Positions 28,014 to 37,868 are shown, counted from the stretch's first letter. The stretch: 64,000 bases of DNA from Nitrospirota bacterium (GCA_963788195.1 CAWBGA010000013.1:402254-466253); one strand, 5' to 3'. Translations and numbers: made by a program. Notes: generated by a model not told the origin, from the letters alone.

Positions 28014-28778
28014 ATGCATATTGTGAAAGGATTGATGGCGTTTGCCGTACTGCTCAGTTTTTCAACTGTAACGAATGCCGCGAGCGGTCTGCCCGGCGAT
28101 ACATCTTCCGGGATGTCCGGCCAATCCGCTACAGGTGGCCAATCCGGAGATCAACAGCAGTTCGAGAAGCAGCGGCGTGATCAGGGCATCGGGACCAGCG
28201 GGGATCTTCCCATGCAGGACAAGGGCGTGCGCCCCGAAAATCCGCCGGCAGACCCCAGCAAGAGCGGTAGAGTCAAAGATGAACAGATCATGCTGGGCTC
28301 CGCCATCCCCATGGTCAAAGGCGAAGTGCTGAAGGTTGAGGGAGATAAATACACGGTGAAGGATCAAACCGGCACCGAAGTAAGCCTGATGGTGAATCAG
28401 AACACAAGAATGGACTGCGGCCAGGGCACCGGTTCCCTGTCGGGCTTTCAGCCCCGCGAGCAGACCGCGACGGATCGTCCACTAGGTCAGGGTGATCAGC
28501 TTCAGAAACAGAACAAAGAGGGGAAGGTACAGGATCTGTCCCGTACCAATGAACAACCCGGCAGCGAAGTAGGGAAGGCCATCAAGCCAGGAGAGTCCCC
28601 GGATTTGAGCGCTAGTTCCAGTTCACAAGGAGCGTGTGCCTTTAAGCCTGGCGACAAAATCGAAGCCGAAGTGTCCGACATGGGCGCGGCTACCATGATC
28701 AAAAAAGTTTCCGACAAGAGCAAAGGTTCTGACGACAAAGGCATGGGGGGGCAGCAACCCCAAGAGCGAAAGCGCTAA
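28014..28778 (+). CDS. Exported hypothetical protein, paralog of the 21492-22088 domain
   Basis: AAGGAG RBS, signal peptide, and VKGEVLKVEGDKYTVKD...PGDKIEAEV. Confidence 0.75.
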   Translation: MHIVKGLMAFAVLLSFSTVTNAASGLPGDTSSGMSGQSATGGQSGDQQQFEKQRRDQGIGTSGDLPMQDKGVRPENPPADPSKSGRVKDEQIMLGSAIPMVKGEVLKVEGDKYTVKDQTGTEVSLMVNQNTRMDCGQGTGSLSGFQPREQTATDRPLGQGDQLQKQNKEGKVQDLSRTNEQPGSEVGKAIKPGESPDLSASSSSQGACAFKPGDKIEAEVSDMGAATMIKKVSDKSKGSDDKGMGGQQPQERKR

Positions 28779-28789
28779 GGCAGGATATT

Positions 28790-28822
28790 ACCCCGGGCGC
28801 TCCAAGGCGCCCGGGGTTTTTT
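28790..28822 (+). terminator. Rho-independent terminator
   Basis: CCCCGGGCGC-TCCAAG-GCGCCCGGGG stem-loop followed by TTTTTT. Confidence 0.85.
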
Positions 28823-28828
28823 AAGGCC

Positions 28829-29140
28829 CTAGTTCAGATTGATTGTGCCGAGTATATTGCCCTCTACATGGGGCGGATGCTCAAATCTGAATCCCGTGGG
28901 CACCTTATAATCCATCGTAATCCCATCCAATCGCGGCGCACTGGCGCCTTCAACCGCGATCTGTAAACCATCCACAGTGTAAACCATATCGCCCGGGTTC
29001 GGCGCCGACTCTAACGTGACGCTGAAGGCGATGCGTTTGTGGTCGAGGTCCTGTATTGCGAGCCGGACGATGGGGTCCTCGGGGTGCTCGGCGATCAATT
29101 GAAGTAGTTGTGCGCGTGCCGCCGGTGTAACATGGATCAT
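28829..29140 (-). CDS. HesB/IscA-fold protein lacking cysteines
   Basis: MIHVTPAA, VRLAI, GD....VDG, LDG.TMDY, GFRFE.P pattern. Confidence 0.65.
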   Translation of the reverse strand: MIHVTPAARAQLLQLIAEHPEDPIVRLAIQDLDHKRIAFSVTLESAPNPGDMVYTVDGLQIAVEGASAPRLDGITMDYKVPTGFRFEHPPHVEGNILGTINLN

Positions 29141-29250
29141 GGGCGAATAATAGCCTACTGCTCGCCGCAGCGCACACCTTTTTTGTGAAGGTAACCAAAC
29201 TCCCCTCGTGTGTTAAGATGTCTGACGATTGACTGGCCGGAGGGTAACGC

Positions 29251-31023
29251 GTGAGTGACCATCGCAAGAGTGATAAAATCGCCGGTAACGAAACCAAGGC
29301 GAAGCCCGATCCGGCTTCGGCGGAACGAACAGCCGGTTTGCCGGGAATGGATCCACTGGAGCTCATCGACGAATGTTTGGCTGCCTTCCCGGATAGCGAT
29401 CCCCGCCAGAAGATTCTCTACAAGCTCCGGCATCTGGTGATGCAACAGGCTGTGACGGGGCAACAGCGCGAAGCGGAATTTAAGAAACTGAGTGAGGTCG
29501 TCGGAAAACTGACGGCTCCGGCGAATCGGATCGGCACGCTGCTGGAGGTTCCCGGCGAAGATTTAGCGCGTATTGTGGTCGGCGGCGCTGAGTATTACGC
29601 CAATATCGATCCCCGCGTGCCGGCAGAGGATTTGAAGATTGGCACACAGATCCTGGTAAACGAGGCGTACGCTGTGATCAAGACGCTTGGGTATGACCGA
29701 AACGGTCCTGTGCTGAAGGTAGCGGAAACTTTACGGGATGGGCGTATCCGGTTTGAACAAGACATGGGCCGTCAGGCGTTGATTCTCCAGCGATCCAGCG
29801 ATCTTGTCGATGTCGAGTTGAAGGCTGGTGATGAGGTGCGGATCGACCCCAGCCATAGGATCGCGATTGAGAAACTGGAAGATCGAAAGTCAAAGAACCA
29901 TGTGCTCGATGAAGTACCGAGGGTCACGTGGGATCAGATCGGCGGGCAGAAGGCTGCGATCGCCGCCATTCGGAAGGCCATTGAATATCCCCTGCTCCAC
30001 ACGAAAACCTTCGAGCAATTCAAATTCACCCAGCCCAAGGGTTTTCTGCTCTATGGTCCGCCGGGCTGTGGCAAGACTCTGATCGGCCAGGCGGCTGCCG
30101 CCAGTCTGGCGAAACTCGTCAGCGAATCGGCACAGCCGGTGGGGAGCTCCGGGTCTACGGAGAAGCCGCCGATCGCCGGCGGATCGTTCTTGCACGTGAA
30201 GGGACCGGAGATCTTGAACATGTGGCTGGGCGAATCGGAGCGCATCGTACGTGACCTGTTCGCCCAGGCCCGGGCTCGCCGCCAGGAGGGGACGCTCCCG
30301 TTCATCTTTATTGATGAAGCGGAGTCCATTCTTGGGACGAGGCGGTCCATGCGGTCGTTCACGATCAATAGCACATTAGTCCCGATGTTCTGCGCGGAGA
30401 TGGATGGTATCGAGTCGCTTCGGGATGTCGTGATCATTTTGGCATCGAACCGGCCCGATCTCATCGACCCGGCCGTGCTGCGTCCAGGACGCATCGATCG
30501 TAAGATCAAGGTGGCGCGCCCCACGCGGGATGCGGCGGTGGACATCCTCAAAGTCTACCTCACCTCGGAGTTGCCGCTCGCTCAAGAACTGGTCTCCGCG
30601 CATGGGGGCGACAAGGCGCAGGCGTGCGAGGCGGCGGTGGCGAGTGTGGTGGACAGAATTTTCACGCGGAGCGACGAAAACCGTTTGCTGGCAGTGAGAC
30701 TTCGCAGCGGGCAGAACAAGGTGCTTTATCGAGGCGATCTGGTCAGCGGCGCCATCCTTGCTTCCATTGTCCAGCGGGCGAAAGAAAAGGCTATTGACCG
30801 CGTGATTCACCAAGGTGATGAAAGTGCCGCGCCCGGGATGACGCTTGAGGATTTGCTTGCCTCGGTTCAGGAGGAATATCGCGAGGGAGAGGTACTGCCC
30901 CCGGACGACGCGGCTGAAGAATGGCTCAAGCTACTCGATCATCATCCGGAACAGGTCGTGGGGGTGTCATCGTTCCGCAGGGGGAGGCAGGCGGAAGAGC
31001 GGTTGGTGGGGCAAATTATTTAA
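29251..31023 (+). CDS. arc: Proteasome-associated AAA+ ATPase (ARC/Mpa family)
   Basis: Coiled coil, KL..P N-domain, OB region, GFLLYGPPGCGKT, VKGPEILNMWLGESER, FIDEAE, SNRPDLIDPAVLRPGRID. Confidence 0.93.
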   Translation: MSDHRKSDKIAGNETKAKPDPASAERTAGLPGMDPLELIDECLAAFPDSDPRQKILYKLRHLVMQQAVTGQQREAEFKKLSEVVGKLTAPANRIGTLLEVPGEDLARIVVGGAEYYANIDPRVPAEDLKIGTQILVNEAYAVIKTLGYDRNGPVLKVAETLRDGRIRFEQDMGRQALILQRSSDLVDVELKAGDEVRIDPSHRIAIEKLEDRKSKNHVLDEVPRVTWDQIGGQKAAIAAIRKAIEYPLLHTKTFEQFKFTQPKGFLLYGPPGCGKTLIGQAAAASLAKLVSESAQPVGSSGSTEKPPIAGGSFLHVKGPEILNMWLGESERIVRDLFAQARARRQEGTLPFIFIDEAESILGTRRSMRSFTINSTLVPMFCAEMDGIESLRDVVIILASNRPDLIDPAVLRPGRIDRKIKVARPTRDAAVDILKVYLTSELPLAQELVSAHGGDKAQACEAAVASVVDRIFTRSDENRLLAVRLRSGQNKVLYRGDLVSGAILASIVQRAKEKAIDRVIHQGDESAAPGMTLEDLLASVQEEYREGEVLPPDDAAEEWLKLLDHHPEQVVGVSSFRRGRQAEERLVGQII

Positions 31024-31045
31024 CCGGCATTGGATTAATGTGCAA

Positions 31046-32572
31046 ATGCGTCTATTTGGAATCGAGACCGAGTACGGGATCACGAGAGACGATCTAGAGG
31101 TCGTCGATCCAGTCGTCGAATCCATGGAGCTCGTGCGCGCGCATCTGGCCGGCTCGTTCGAGACGACGTGGGACTATAGCGGGGAGGACCCGCACGAGGA
31201 TGCACGGGGTTTTCGGGTGGCGGGCCTTCAACAGGATCAGGAAGAGGAGGAATTTGCCAAGGTCGATGCCCATCGGCCTTTTTCATTCCATGAAATGAAG
31301 AGCGATCTCGTGCTGCCTAACGGCGCCCGCTTCTATAACGATCATACGCATCCTGAGTATTCCTCGCCTGAGTGCCGAACCCTGCGCGATCTCGTAACCT
31401 ATGATCGGGCAGGCGAACGAATTCTTCACCAGGCGGCTCAGCGTCGAAACCGCACCTTGGGCGGCTCCCACGTACAATTGTACAAGAACAATACGGATTT
31501 TCATGGGCACAGCTACGGGTGCCACGACAATTATCTCGTTTCGCGGTCCATTCCCTTCACCGCCTTGGTGGCAGGCCTGATACCGTTTTTGGTCAGTCGG
31601 CAACTTGTTGCCGGCGCGGGCAAAGTTGGGATCGAGACACAAGAAGGCGGGTTCAAATCGGGGCGTTATCAGCTCTCGCAGCGTGCCGATTTCATGGAGA
31701 CCGAGTTGAGCGTGGATACCATGCACAACCGTCCGATTCTGAATACCCGCGATGAACCGCATGCCGATCGAAGCAAGTATCGCCGGCTCCATCTCATTAT
31801 CGGCGATGCCAATATGTGCGAATACGCGACCGCGCTCAAGGTGGGAACCACTCAATTAGTATTGGACCTGATTCAACGGGGAGCCGCGCCCCAGTGTGAG
31901 TTGGAGAATTCTGTCGCGGCGGTGAAGGAGATATCCCGCGATGCGGATCTCAAGACGGTTGTGCGGCGACAGGGGGGCGGCACAGTCTCCGGCCTCGAGT
32001 TGCAGGAGGTGTATTGGACGGCTGCCGACAAGGAATTAGCCGGCTCGGATGAGGATACGGATTGGATTCTTCGGGAGTGGGAACGGACGCTGAAGCTTTT
32101 GTCCACTGACCGCGTACAGCTCGTAGGGCGACTGGACTGGGTAACCAAACTCTGGCTGCTGGAGACATTCGCGCAGGAGGAACGTGTCGGCTGGGATGAT
32201 CCTTGGTTGGCCAGCCTGGATCTGGAGTATCACAACATTGATCCGGACCGCGGCCTCTATTATGGCCTTGAGAATGAGGGCAAGGTGTTCCGGCTTACCA
32301 CCGATGCGGAGATTCAGAATGCCATGACGGTGGGACCACGTGACACGCGCGGTGGTATCCGCGGGCTCTGTGTCCGGCGTTTTCGAGACCAGATTCAGTC
32401 CATCCAATGGGAGCGCGTAAAGTTTACGGGAGGTCTCCTGCCGAAGACCTTGGATATGAGTGATCTCTTTGAACCGGCGGAGATACAGGAGCTGGCCGCT
32501 GTCTTGGAGAAAGCCTCCTCCGCATCGGATGCGTTGAAAGCCTGGGGACGACGAAAGGAACAATTGCTATGA
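31046..32572 (+). CDS. dop: Depupylase/deamidase Dop-like protein
   Basis: RLFGIETEYG, WDY.GE.P..DARGF (Dop loop), NGARFYNDHTHPEYSSPE, KNNTD..G.SYGCHDNY, RPILNTRDEPH, RRLHLIIGDAN. Confidence 0.9.
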   Translation: MRLFGIETEYGITRDDLEVVDPVVESMELVRAHLAGSFETTWDYSGEDPHEDARGFRVAGLQQDQEEEEFAKVDAHRPFSFHEMKSDLVLPNGARFYNDHTHPEYSSPECRTLRDLVTYDRAGERILHQAAQRRNRTLGGSHVQLYKNNTDFHGHSYGCHDNYLVSRSIPFTALVAGLIPFLVSRQLVAGAGKVGIETQEGGFKSGRYQLSQRADFMETELSVDTMHNRPILNTRDEPHADRSKYRRLHLIIGDANMCEYATALKVGTTQLVLDLIQRGAAPQCELENSVAAVKEISRDADLKTVVRRQGGGTVSGLELQEVYWTAADKELAGSDEDTDWILREWERTLKLLSTDRVQLVGRLDWVTKLWLLETFAQEERVGWDDPWLASLDLEYHNIDPDRGLYYGLENEGKVFRLTTDAEIQNAMTVGPRDTRGGIRGLCVRRFRDQIQSIQWERVKFTGGLLPKTLDMSDLFEPAEIQELAAVLEKASSASDALKAWGRRKEQLL

Positions 32573-32763
32573 ATTCTATGACAGGTTTTGATCGTAAAGA
32601 GCGTCCGTTCGATCCGATGCCGAGACCCACGAGCCCGTCCGAGGAGGGTGGAGGGCCGAGGCGACCGGAGACAGGCTCGCCGGAGAAGGACAATCTCCTG
32701 AAGCGGATGCGCAAGGTGGATCCCAAGCAGGCGGAACGGTATCGGCAGCGCACAGGCCAATAA
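32569..32763 (+). CDS. ubact: Prokaryotic ubiquitin-like protein UBact
   Basis: 64-aa disordered protein at the Pup position of the operon, ending LLKRMRKVDPKQAERYRQRTGQ (UBact-type R[TS]G[EQ] end). Confidence 0.9.
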   Translation: MNSMTGFDRKERPFDPMPRPTSPSEEGGGPRRPETGSPEKDNLLKRMRKVDPKQAERYRQRTGQ

Positions 32764-32776
32764 GACGGAGAAAAAG

Positions 32777-33550
32777 ATGGGGATGCAAGGCGATTTCTTA
32801 CAGCTGCTCAAAGAGCAGGGCTATCAGTTGGGGACTTCAGCTTCGGTGCGGGACGGACAAGAGCTCACGAGCGGCACGACGATTCTGGCGATGAAGTACC
32901 GGGATGGAGTCCTGGTCGCGGGCGACCGCCGGGCAACCGCGGGCAACATGGTTATGTACGATCGGACGGATAAGGTCCTTGAACTGGATCGGCACAGCGT
33001 GTTGGCCATCGCCGGTGTGCCGGCAACCGCGTACGAGATGGTGCGCGTGCTGGAACACTCGTTCAAGTACTACCGCCGTACGCAGCTTCAGGAACTGAGC
33101 TTCGAAGGCAAGCTCCGGGCGGTGTCGAAACTGCTAAAGGACAATGTGCCGGCCGCGTTAGCTGGAACTGGCGCGGTGGTCCCAATTTTTGCCGGCTATG
33201 ATTTAGACCAGGGGACGGCAAAAATATTCTTCTACGACCTTCTCGGGGCTGAGTTCGAGGGCGCGGAATACGCAGTGTCAGGATCGGGCTCGCCGACGAT
33301 CCGCGGGATCCTGCATTATCTCAACAGCTGGGGCGCCCAGCCGCTCAGCGAGCTGTCCGAGGAAGAAGCCACGATTCAAGCACTCAGGCTGCTGACCTGC
33401 GCTGCGGAGTTTGATTCGGCGACCGGCGGTGTCAATCGTGAAGCCAACTTGTATCCGGTGGTCAAATTTATTACGAAAGCGGGAGTCCGGGTCGCGCCGG
33501 AGAGTACCCTGAAGCCACTCTTCGAGAACCAGGTGTGTCGCCATGTATGA
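32777..33550 (+). CDS. prcB: 20S proteasome beta subunit
   Basis: Propeptide followed by SG|TTILA (catalytic Thr), AGDRRATAG and GSGS. Confidence 0.92.
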   Translation: MGMQGDFLQLLKEQGYQLGTSASVRDGQELTSGTTILAMKYRDGVLVAGDRRATAGNMVMYDRTDKVLELDRHSVLAIAGVPATAYEMVRVLEHSFKYYRRTQLQELSFEGKLRAVSKLLKDNVPAALAGTGAVVPIFAGYDLDQGTAKIFFYDLLGAEFEGAEYAVSGSGSPTIRGILHYLNSWGAQPLSELSEEEATIQALRLLTCAAEFDSATGGVNREANLYPVVKFITKAGVRVAPESTLKPLFENQVCRHV

Positions 33551-34343
33551 CGAGCCGTATCGTTGGGTTGAAGCGGTCGGCAATCGCCGCCAGTATCTGG
33601 ACGAGCAGTTTAAGCAAGGCAGCCCCGTGGTTGCCCTGTCCTATGCAGACGGCATTCTGCTCCTCACCGTCAGCCGTGGCACGCCGAAGCTGTACGAGAT
33701 CTACGATCGGCTCGGATTGGGAGGGATGGGACACCCGGCAGACTTGGAAAAGCTACGGTTCACCCTGTTGGAAATGGCCCACGTGGAAGGTTTCAACCGC
33801 TCACCGTCCGACGTGACGGGGGCGCGGCTCATGAAGAATGGTCTGGCCCCTGTCATCAAGCAGGCGTTTGAGGAAATATACAAGGCGCCTTTTATTGTGA
33901 AGATCCTGCTAGCCGAGGTCGGCTTCAAGCCTGAGAAGGACACGTTCCTGACGGTCAACTATGACGGGACGTTCGAGGAGATGGGAGGATGGGCTGCATT
34001 GGCGGCAACACCGGCGGTCCAAGAGGACATGAGCGCGTATCTCAAACGCGAGACGGGGCTTGTGTCTGCTGGCTTGCCACGGGCGGTAAGCAGTGCCCTC
34101 CAAGCCTGGGCCCTCGGATCGATGGCGCAGCAGCGAGCGGAGGCCGAGGGGGATCATGAGCCGGCACAACCGGCGCCCTCGACTCCAGACACGACGGCTG
34201 TGTTCGCGCATCTTCGTGAGACAGTCGCCGAGAAAACGATCGAATGTGCGGTGATGGAACGCGGCGCGCCCGGTTCATCGAAGTACCGCGCACTCACGGC
34301 CGATGAACTCGGTGGTCTATTGCCAGTAGAGATGAAAGGCTAA
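33543..34343 (+). CDS. prcA: 20S proteasome alpha subunit
   Basis: GSPVVALSY.DGIL, KLYEIYDR, APF.V.ILLAEVG. Overlaps prcB. Confidence 0.88.
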   Translation: MYDEPYRWVEAVGNRRQYLDEQFKQGSPVVALSYADGILLLTVSRGTPKLYEIYDRLGLGGMGHPADLEKLRFTLLEMAHVEGFNRSPSDVTGARLMKNGLAPVIKQAFEEIYKAPFIVKILLAEVGFKPEKDTFLTVNYDGTFEEMGGWAALAATPAVQEDMSAYLKRETGLVSAGLPRAVSSALQAWALGSMAQQRAEAEGDHEPAQPAPSTPDTTAVFAHLRETVAEKTIECAVMERGAPGSSKYRALTADELGGLLPVEMKG

Positions 34344-34350
34344 GGTTGAG

Positions 34351-35862
34351 GTGCTCAATAGGATCTTCGGGCTCGAAACTGAGTATGGCCTGCTGATCAA
34401 TCAGGACCGGCCCGAACATTCCCCTTCATGGCTTGCCCATCGCATTCGCGATCAGGTGTTTCACATTCAACGGCGCGGTGTCCTGGACCTGCATCACCGC
34501 GGTCATGATGAGCCGCCGGGCAACGGCGGGTTCCTCACCAACGCCGGCCGCATCTACCTGGACATGGGCCATCTCGAGTATGCCTCGCCGGAGTGTGGGA
34601 GCCTCACCGATTTAGTGGCCTCGGATCGGGCAGGTGATCAGCTTGTGCAGAGCGCGGTGCAAGGCGCTGGGTTAGCGGATCACGTCTCGCTGATCAAGAA
34701 CAACATTGATCATGAAACCGACGCGACATTTGGCTGCCACGAGAATTATCTTGTCACCAGGAGGTTTCCATTCTCGCGCCACGGTCTGAACCCCCTTGTG
34801 ACGTTCCTGGTGACGAGGCAGGTATACACGGGGGCTGGTCGCGTGGGCGCGGCCGCTCCACAGGAGCAGTGGGTGCAGGTCGGCGACGTCGGCGATGTTA
34901 TCCTCCACTGGCCGGGCGTGCGCGAGGCCGGAACTCCTTCGGTGCTGCCATTTCAAATCTCTCAGCGAGCCGACCACATCGTGAACGACTTCTTCGAGTG
35001 GGTGCAGCAGAATCGTGCCATCATCAACACCCGCGACGAGCCCTTGGCTGACCCGAACCACTATCGCCGCATTCACCTGCTCTGCGGTGACTCGAACATG
35101 GCGGAATACGCCACGATGTTAAAGATGGGGGTCACGGGGTTGGTCCTGCAGCTCATTGAGGATGGGCACGAGCCGAAGGGGTTCGAGATCGGGGAGCCGG
35201 TCGAAGCGCTTCAGGACATATCGAGGGATCAGGAGCGCCAGTGGTTGGTGACGTTGGCTTCAGGGAAGACCATCTCCGCCCTTGATATCCAGGAGCAGTT
35301 TCTCGGAGCGGTGCAACAGCACTACAAAGGGCAGGACGAAGAGACGGACTGGGTGCTTGAGCAGTGGGAGCAGGTGCTGACCGACCTGCATGGCGACTAT
35401 GCGAAGCTGGTGGGGCGCGTGGATTGGGCGTCCAAGCTTTGGCTCTTGGAGACCTATCGTGAGGCTGAACGGGTTGCCTGGGACGACCCCATCATCAAGA
35501 GCCTGGATCTGGAATATCACAATCTCAATCCGGAACGGGGACTGTACTATGCGCTTCTGGACGAAGGGCGTGTCCCGCGGGTCACGACAGACAAGGCGAT
35601 CGAATTGGCACAGGAACATCCCCCCCGCAACACGAGGGCATTCGGTCGAGGAGAGGTCATCCGGCATTTGTTAGACTGCGGGCCGGCAGTTGAGACACAG
35701 GGTTTCAGCGAAGAACATCGTTTTTTGCCGTCTTACGTGATCAATTGGTCCGTTCTCCAACTGCGGGGGCGCCCACCCTTTCCGATGGTGGATCCCTTCA
35801 AGACCTACGTGCAGGAGGCGCGCGCCTACGTGGGCGGCAAAGGCCAGCTCCAAGACCCTTAG
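34351..35862 (+). CDS. pafA: Pup/UBact-protein ligase PafA-like protein
   Basis: RIFGLETEYG, FLTNAGRIYLDMGHLEYASPE, KNN.D...TFGCHENY, IINTRDEP, DLEYH, PPRNTRA. Lacks the Dop loop. Confidence 0.88.
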   Translation: MLNRIFGLETEYGLLINQDRPEHSPSWLAHRIRDQVFHIQRRGVLDLHHRGHDEPPGNGGFLTNAGRIYLDMGHLEYASPECGSLTDLVASDRAGDQLVQSAVQGAGLADHVSLIKNNIDHETDATFGCHENYLVTRRFPFSRHGLNPLVTFLVTRQVYTGAGRVGAAAPQEQWVQVGDVGDVILHWPGVREAGTPSVLPFQISQRADHIVNDFFEWVQQNRAIINTRDEPLADPNHYRRIHLLCGDSNMAEYATMLKMGVTGLVLQLIEDGHEPKGFEIGEPVEALQDISRDQERQWLVTLASGKTISALDIQEQFLGAVQQHYKGQDEETDWVLEQWEQVLTDLHGDYAKLVGRVDWASKLWLLETYREAERVAWDDPIIKSLDLEYHNLNPERGLYYALLDEGRVPRVTTDKAIELAQEHPPRNTRAFGRGEVIRHLLDCGPAVETQGFSEEHRFLPSYVINWSVLQLRGRPPFPMVDPFKTYVQEARAYVGGKGQLQDP

Positions 35863-36899
35863 CCTCCTGCAAATGATGGTGCACGGTGCTGCTTACGAGC
35901 GACACCAGGGCGGTCCCCGATCGCCCCGGTCATGATCTCCACCAGGCGATTTTCTCCCCAGTAGGAATCTTCCGTAGCCTGCCGGCGTTGAAAGAACCCG
36001 CAATGTCCTCCATGGGTCGGGGCGACGAGGGTGATCGCTCGATTGCCTTGAATATCTGCCTGTGGGAACATGCGATAGGGGATGAACGGATCGTCCTGCG
36101 CGGTGATGATGAAGGTCGGCACTGCGATCCGGGACATCACGTGCCGCGCCCCGGCTCGATCGTAGTAATCTGCGGCGCTTGCGTACCCGCCGTCCGGCGC
36201 CGTGTACCGGTCATCGAATTCGCGAATCATGGTGATGCGGGCCAGGGATGTCAGGTCCCATTTGCCGGGGAACAGCGCGGCTTTCCGCACCATCCGCGCT
36301 TTTAGGCGCGCGACAAAATGGTTATGATAAAGCCGATTCCGGGGTAGTTCGAGGGCATCGACACATTGAGTGGGATCGATGTTGGGGCAGACGGCGAGGA
36401 CTCCCCGGAGTGCAGGAACGGACGAGCCTGCTTCTCCAGCCGCCTTTAGCACCAGATTGCCTCCCATCGAATACCCGATGAGCCAGATATGCTCCAAACC
36501 GTCCACATCCGAGAGTTCCGCCACCACGGCCCTGTAATCCGCGCTGAGCCCGCTGTTATAGAGTGTAGGGGTGAGGTGTTCCGTGCCTCCACACGTACGC
36601 TGATTTAAGCGAATCACATTGAGCCCAGCCCGCCAGGCCTTGCCGGCAATGGCACGCATGTAGTGGGATTTGCTGCAGCCTTCCAGGCCGTGGACGAGAA
36701 TTGCTGTCCCGGCGCTTTTCCGATCGGCTTGCCAGTGGCAATATCCCAGCAGCTGAGTGTCCGTAGCGACAGAGAACAGGCGGGCTTCCTGCGGGACCCC
36801 CGCCAGCAGTCCCCGTCGCGGCCAATAGCGCGGGATGATCGTCATGGCGTGCGCGTTCCGGAGGAGTGGGTGGGCCGTGAATTCAAACATGACCCTCAT
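35859..36899 (-). CDS. YheT-like alpha/beta hydrolase
   Basis: HGLEG.S.SHY, GYSMGGN, DDPFIP, GGHCGF. Confidence 0.88.
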   Translation of the reverse strand: MRVMFEFTAHPLLRNAHAMTIIPRYWPRRGLLAGVPQEARLFSVATDTQLLGYCHWQADRKSAGTAILVHGLEGCSKSHYMRAIAGKAWRAGLNVIRLNQRTCGGTEHLTPTLYNSGLSADYRAVVAELSDVDGLEHIWLIGYSMGGNLVLKAAGEAGSSVPALRGVLAVCPNIDPTQCVDALELPRNRLYHNHFVARLKARMVRKAALFPGKWDLTSLARITMIREFDDRYTAPDGGYASAADYYDRAGARHVMSRIAVPTFIITAQDDPFIPYRMFPQADIQGNRAITLVAPTHGGHCGFFQRRQATEDSYWGENRLVEIMTGAIGDRPGVARKQHRAPSFAGG

Positions 36900-36905
36900 T
36901 ACCTT

Positions 36906-37193
36906 CTATGATCTGGAATCTTGGCGTCTTGGTTGATGGAGTGTTTTGCGATGCGCAATCAGGTGCACATCGACAATATGTGCGCTCGGATCGATCGAGT
37001 AAAAGATGCGCCAGTCGCCCACAGCATATTGTAAAAGCCCGGGGAGTTCTGCTGCAGCCGGGTCATGCCGGAGATTGCCGGCATTGGAGGCCAGCCACTT
37101 TGTCTTGTCGAGAAGCCGTTGGGCCATAGCCGTGTCGATCTGTGCCAGGTCGCTGACGACTTGGGGAAGGTATGCGATCTTATACCACGGCAT
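36906..37193 (-). CDS. RelE/ParE-family toxin
   Basis: Y.I.Y......DL..ID......L..K and VGDWRIFY.ID......V..IAHRK. Confidence 0.75.
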   Translation of the reverse strand: MPWYKIAYLPQVVSDLAQIDTAMAQRLLDKTKWLASNAGNLRHDPAAAELPGLLQYAVGDWRIFYSIDPSAHIVDVHLIAHRKTLHQPRRQDSRS

Positions 37194-37203
37194 CGTAGAC
37201 TGC

Positions 37204-37407
37204 TCACCAGTGTAGACCGAGCTTATCCGCCACCTCGTCCCCGGTCAGACGGTCGGTTGACATTAGAGATTCTTTGAGGCGCGCTCGAACGGAATCCACC
37301 AGCTCCAAGCCCAGATCAGGATTGCCCAGCAGCTCTCGCAGCCGATCGTCCACCATGCCGGTAACGAGGGCCTTCAGCTCTTCCACAGTGAGATCCGACA
37401 GATTCAT
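37204..37407 (-). CDS. Putative antitoxin
   Basis: Small acidic protein directly upstream of the RelE-like gene. DLTVEELKALV...PDLGLEL...EVADKLGL.W. Confidence 0.7.
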   Translation of the reverse strand: MNLSDLTVEELKALVTGMVDDRLRELLGNPDLGLELVDSVRARLKESLMSTDRLTGDEVADKLGLHW

Positions 37408-37661
37408 CGCGATGAGTCTCCTGCCTTCATTGTTAGGGTGCCGTGACCCGAATTGTCAATCATCTCGCCTGTTGCTTCGCAATTCGTATTATGTCTCTCG
37501 CCAAGCCCAATACCGCGAATGACCCTGTAGTGGCTTGCTTTGGCTGCCTCTTCCTCTAAGTGTCGGGGCCCGCCGCGCCCTGCTAAAGGTGTATAGATCC
37601 CCCCTACGCCTGAGCACTTTCACAGGCGTGCGGTAACGGGTAAGAATGACGTCAGCTTTTA

Positions 37662-37850
37662 ATGGGAGTAAATTTGAAGGATACGGATCAAGCCATTGCG
37701 GATTTCGGCAAAGCCGCTACTGTCCTCCACACATTAATACATAAGTTAGTGCCGTTGACGAACGTTCAAGTAGAATTCATAAAAACCGAGTTGCACACCC
37801 TCGAGGCGGCGCTAAAAATACATTACCCCAAGAGACCCGGTCAGGGTTAA
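37662..37850 (+). CDS. Small hypothetical protein
   Basis: 62-aa helical ORF directly upstream of the LuxR gene. No recognised motif. Confidence 0.4.
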   Translation: MGVNLKDTDQAIADFGKAATVLHTLIHKLVPLTNVQVEFIKTELHTLEAALKIHYPKRPGQG

Positions 37851-37868
37851 TTGTAAGGAGGATACGAT

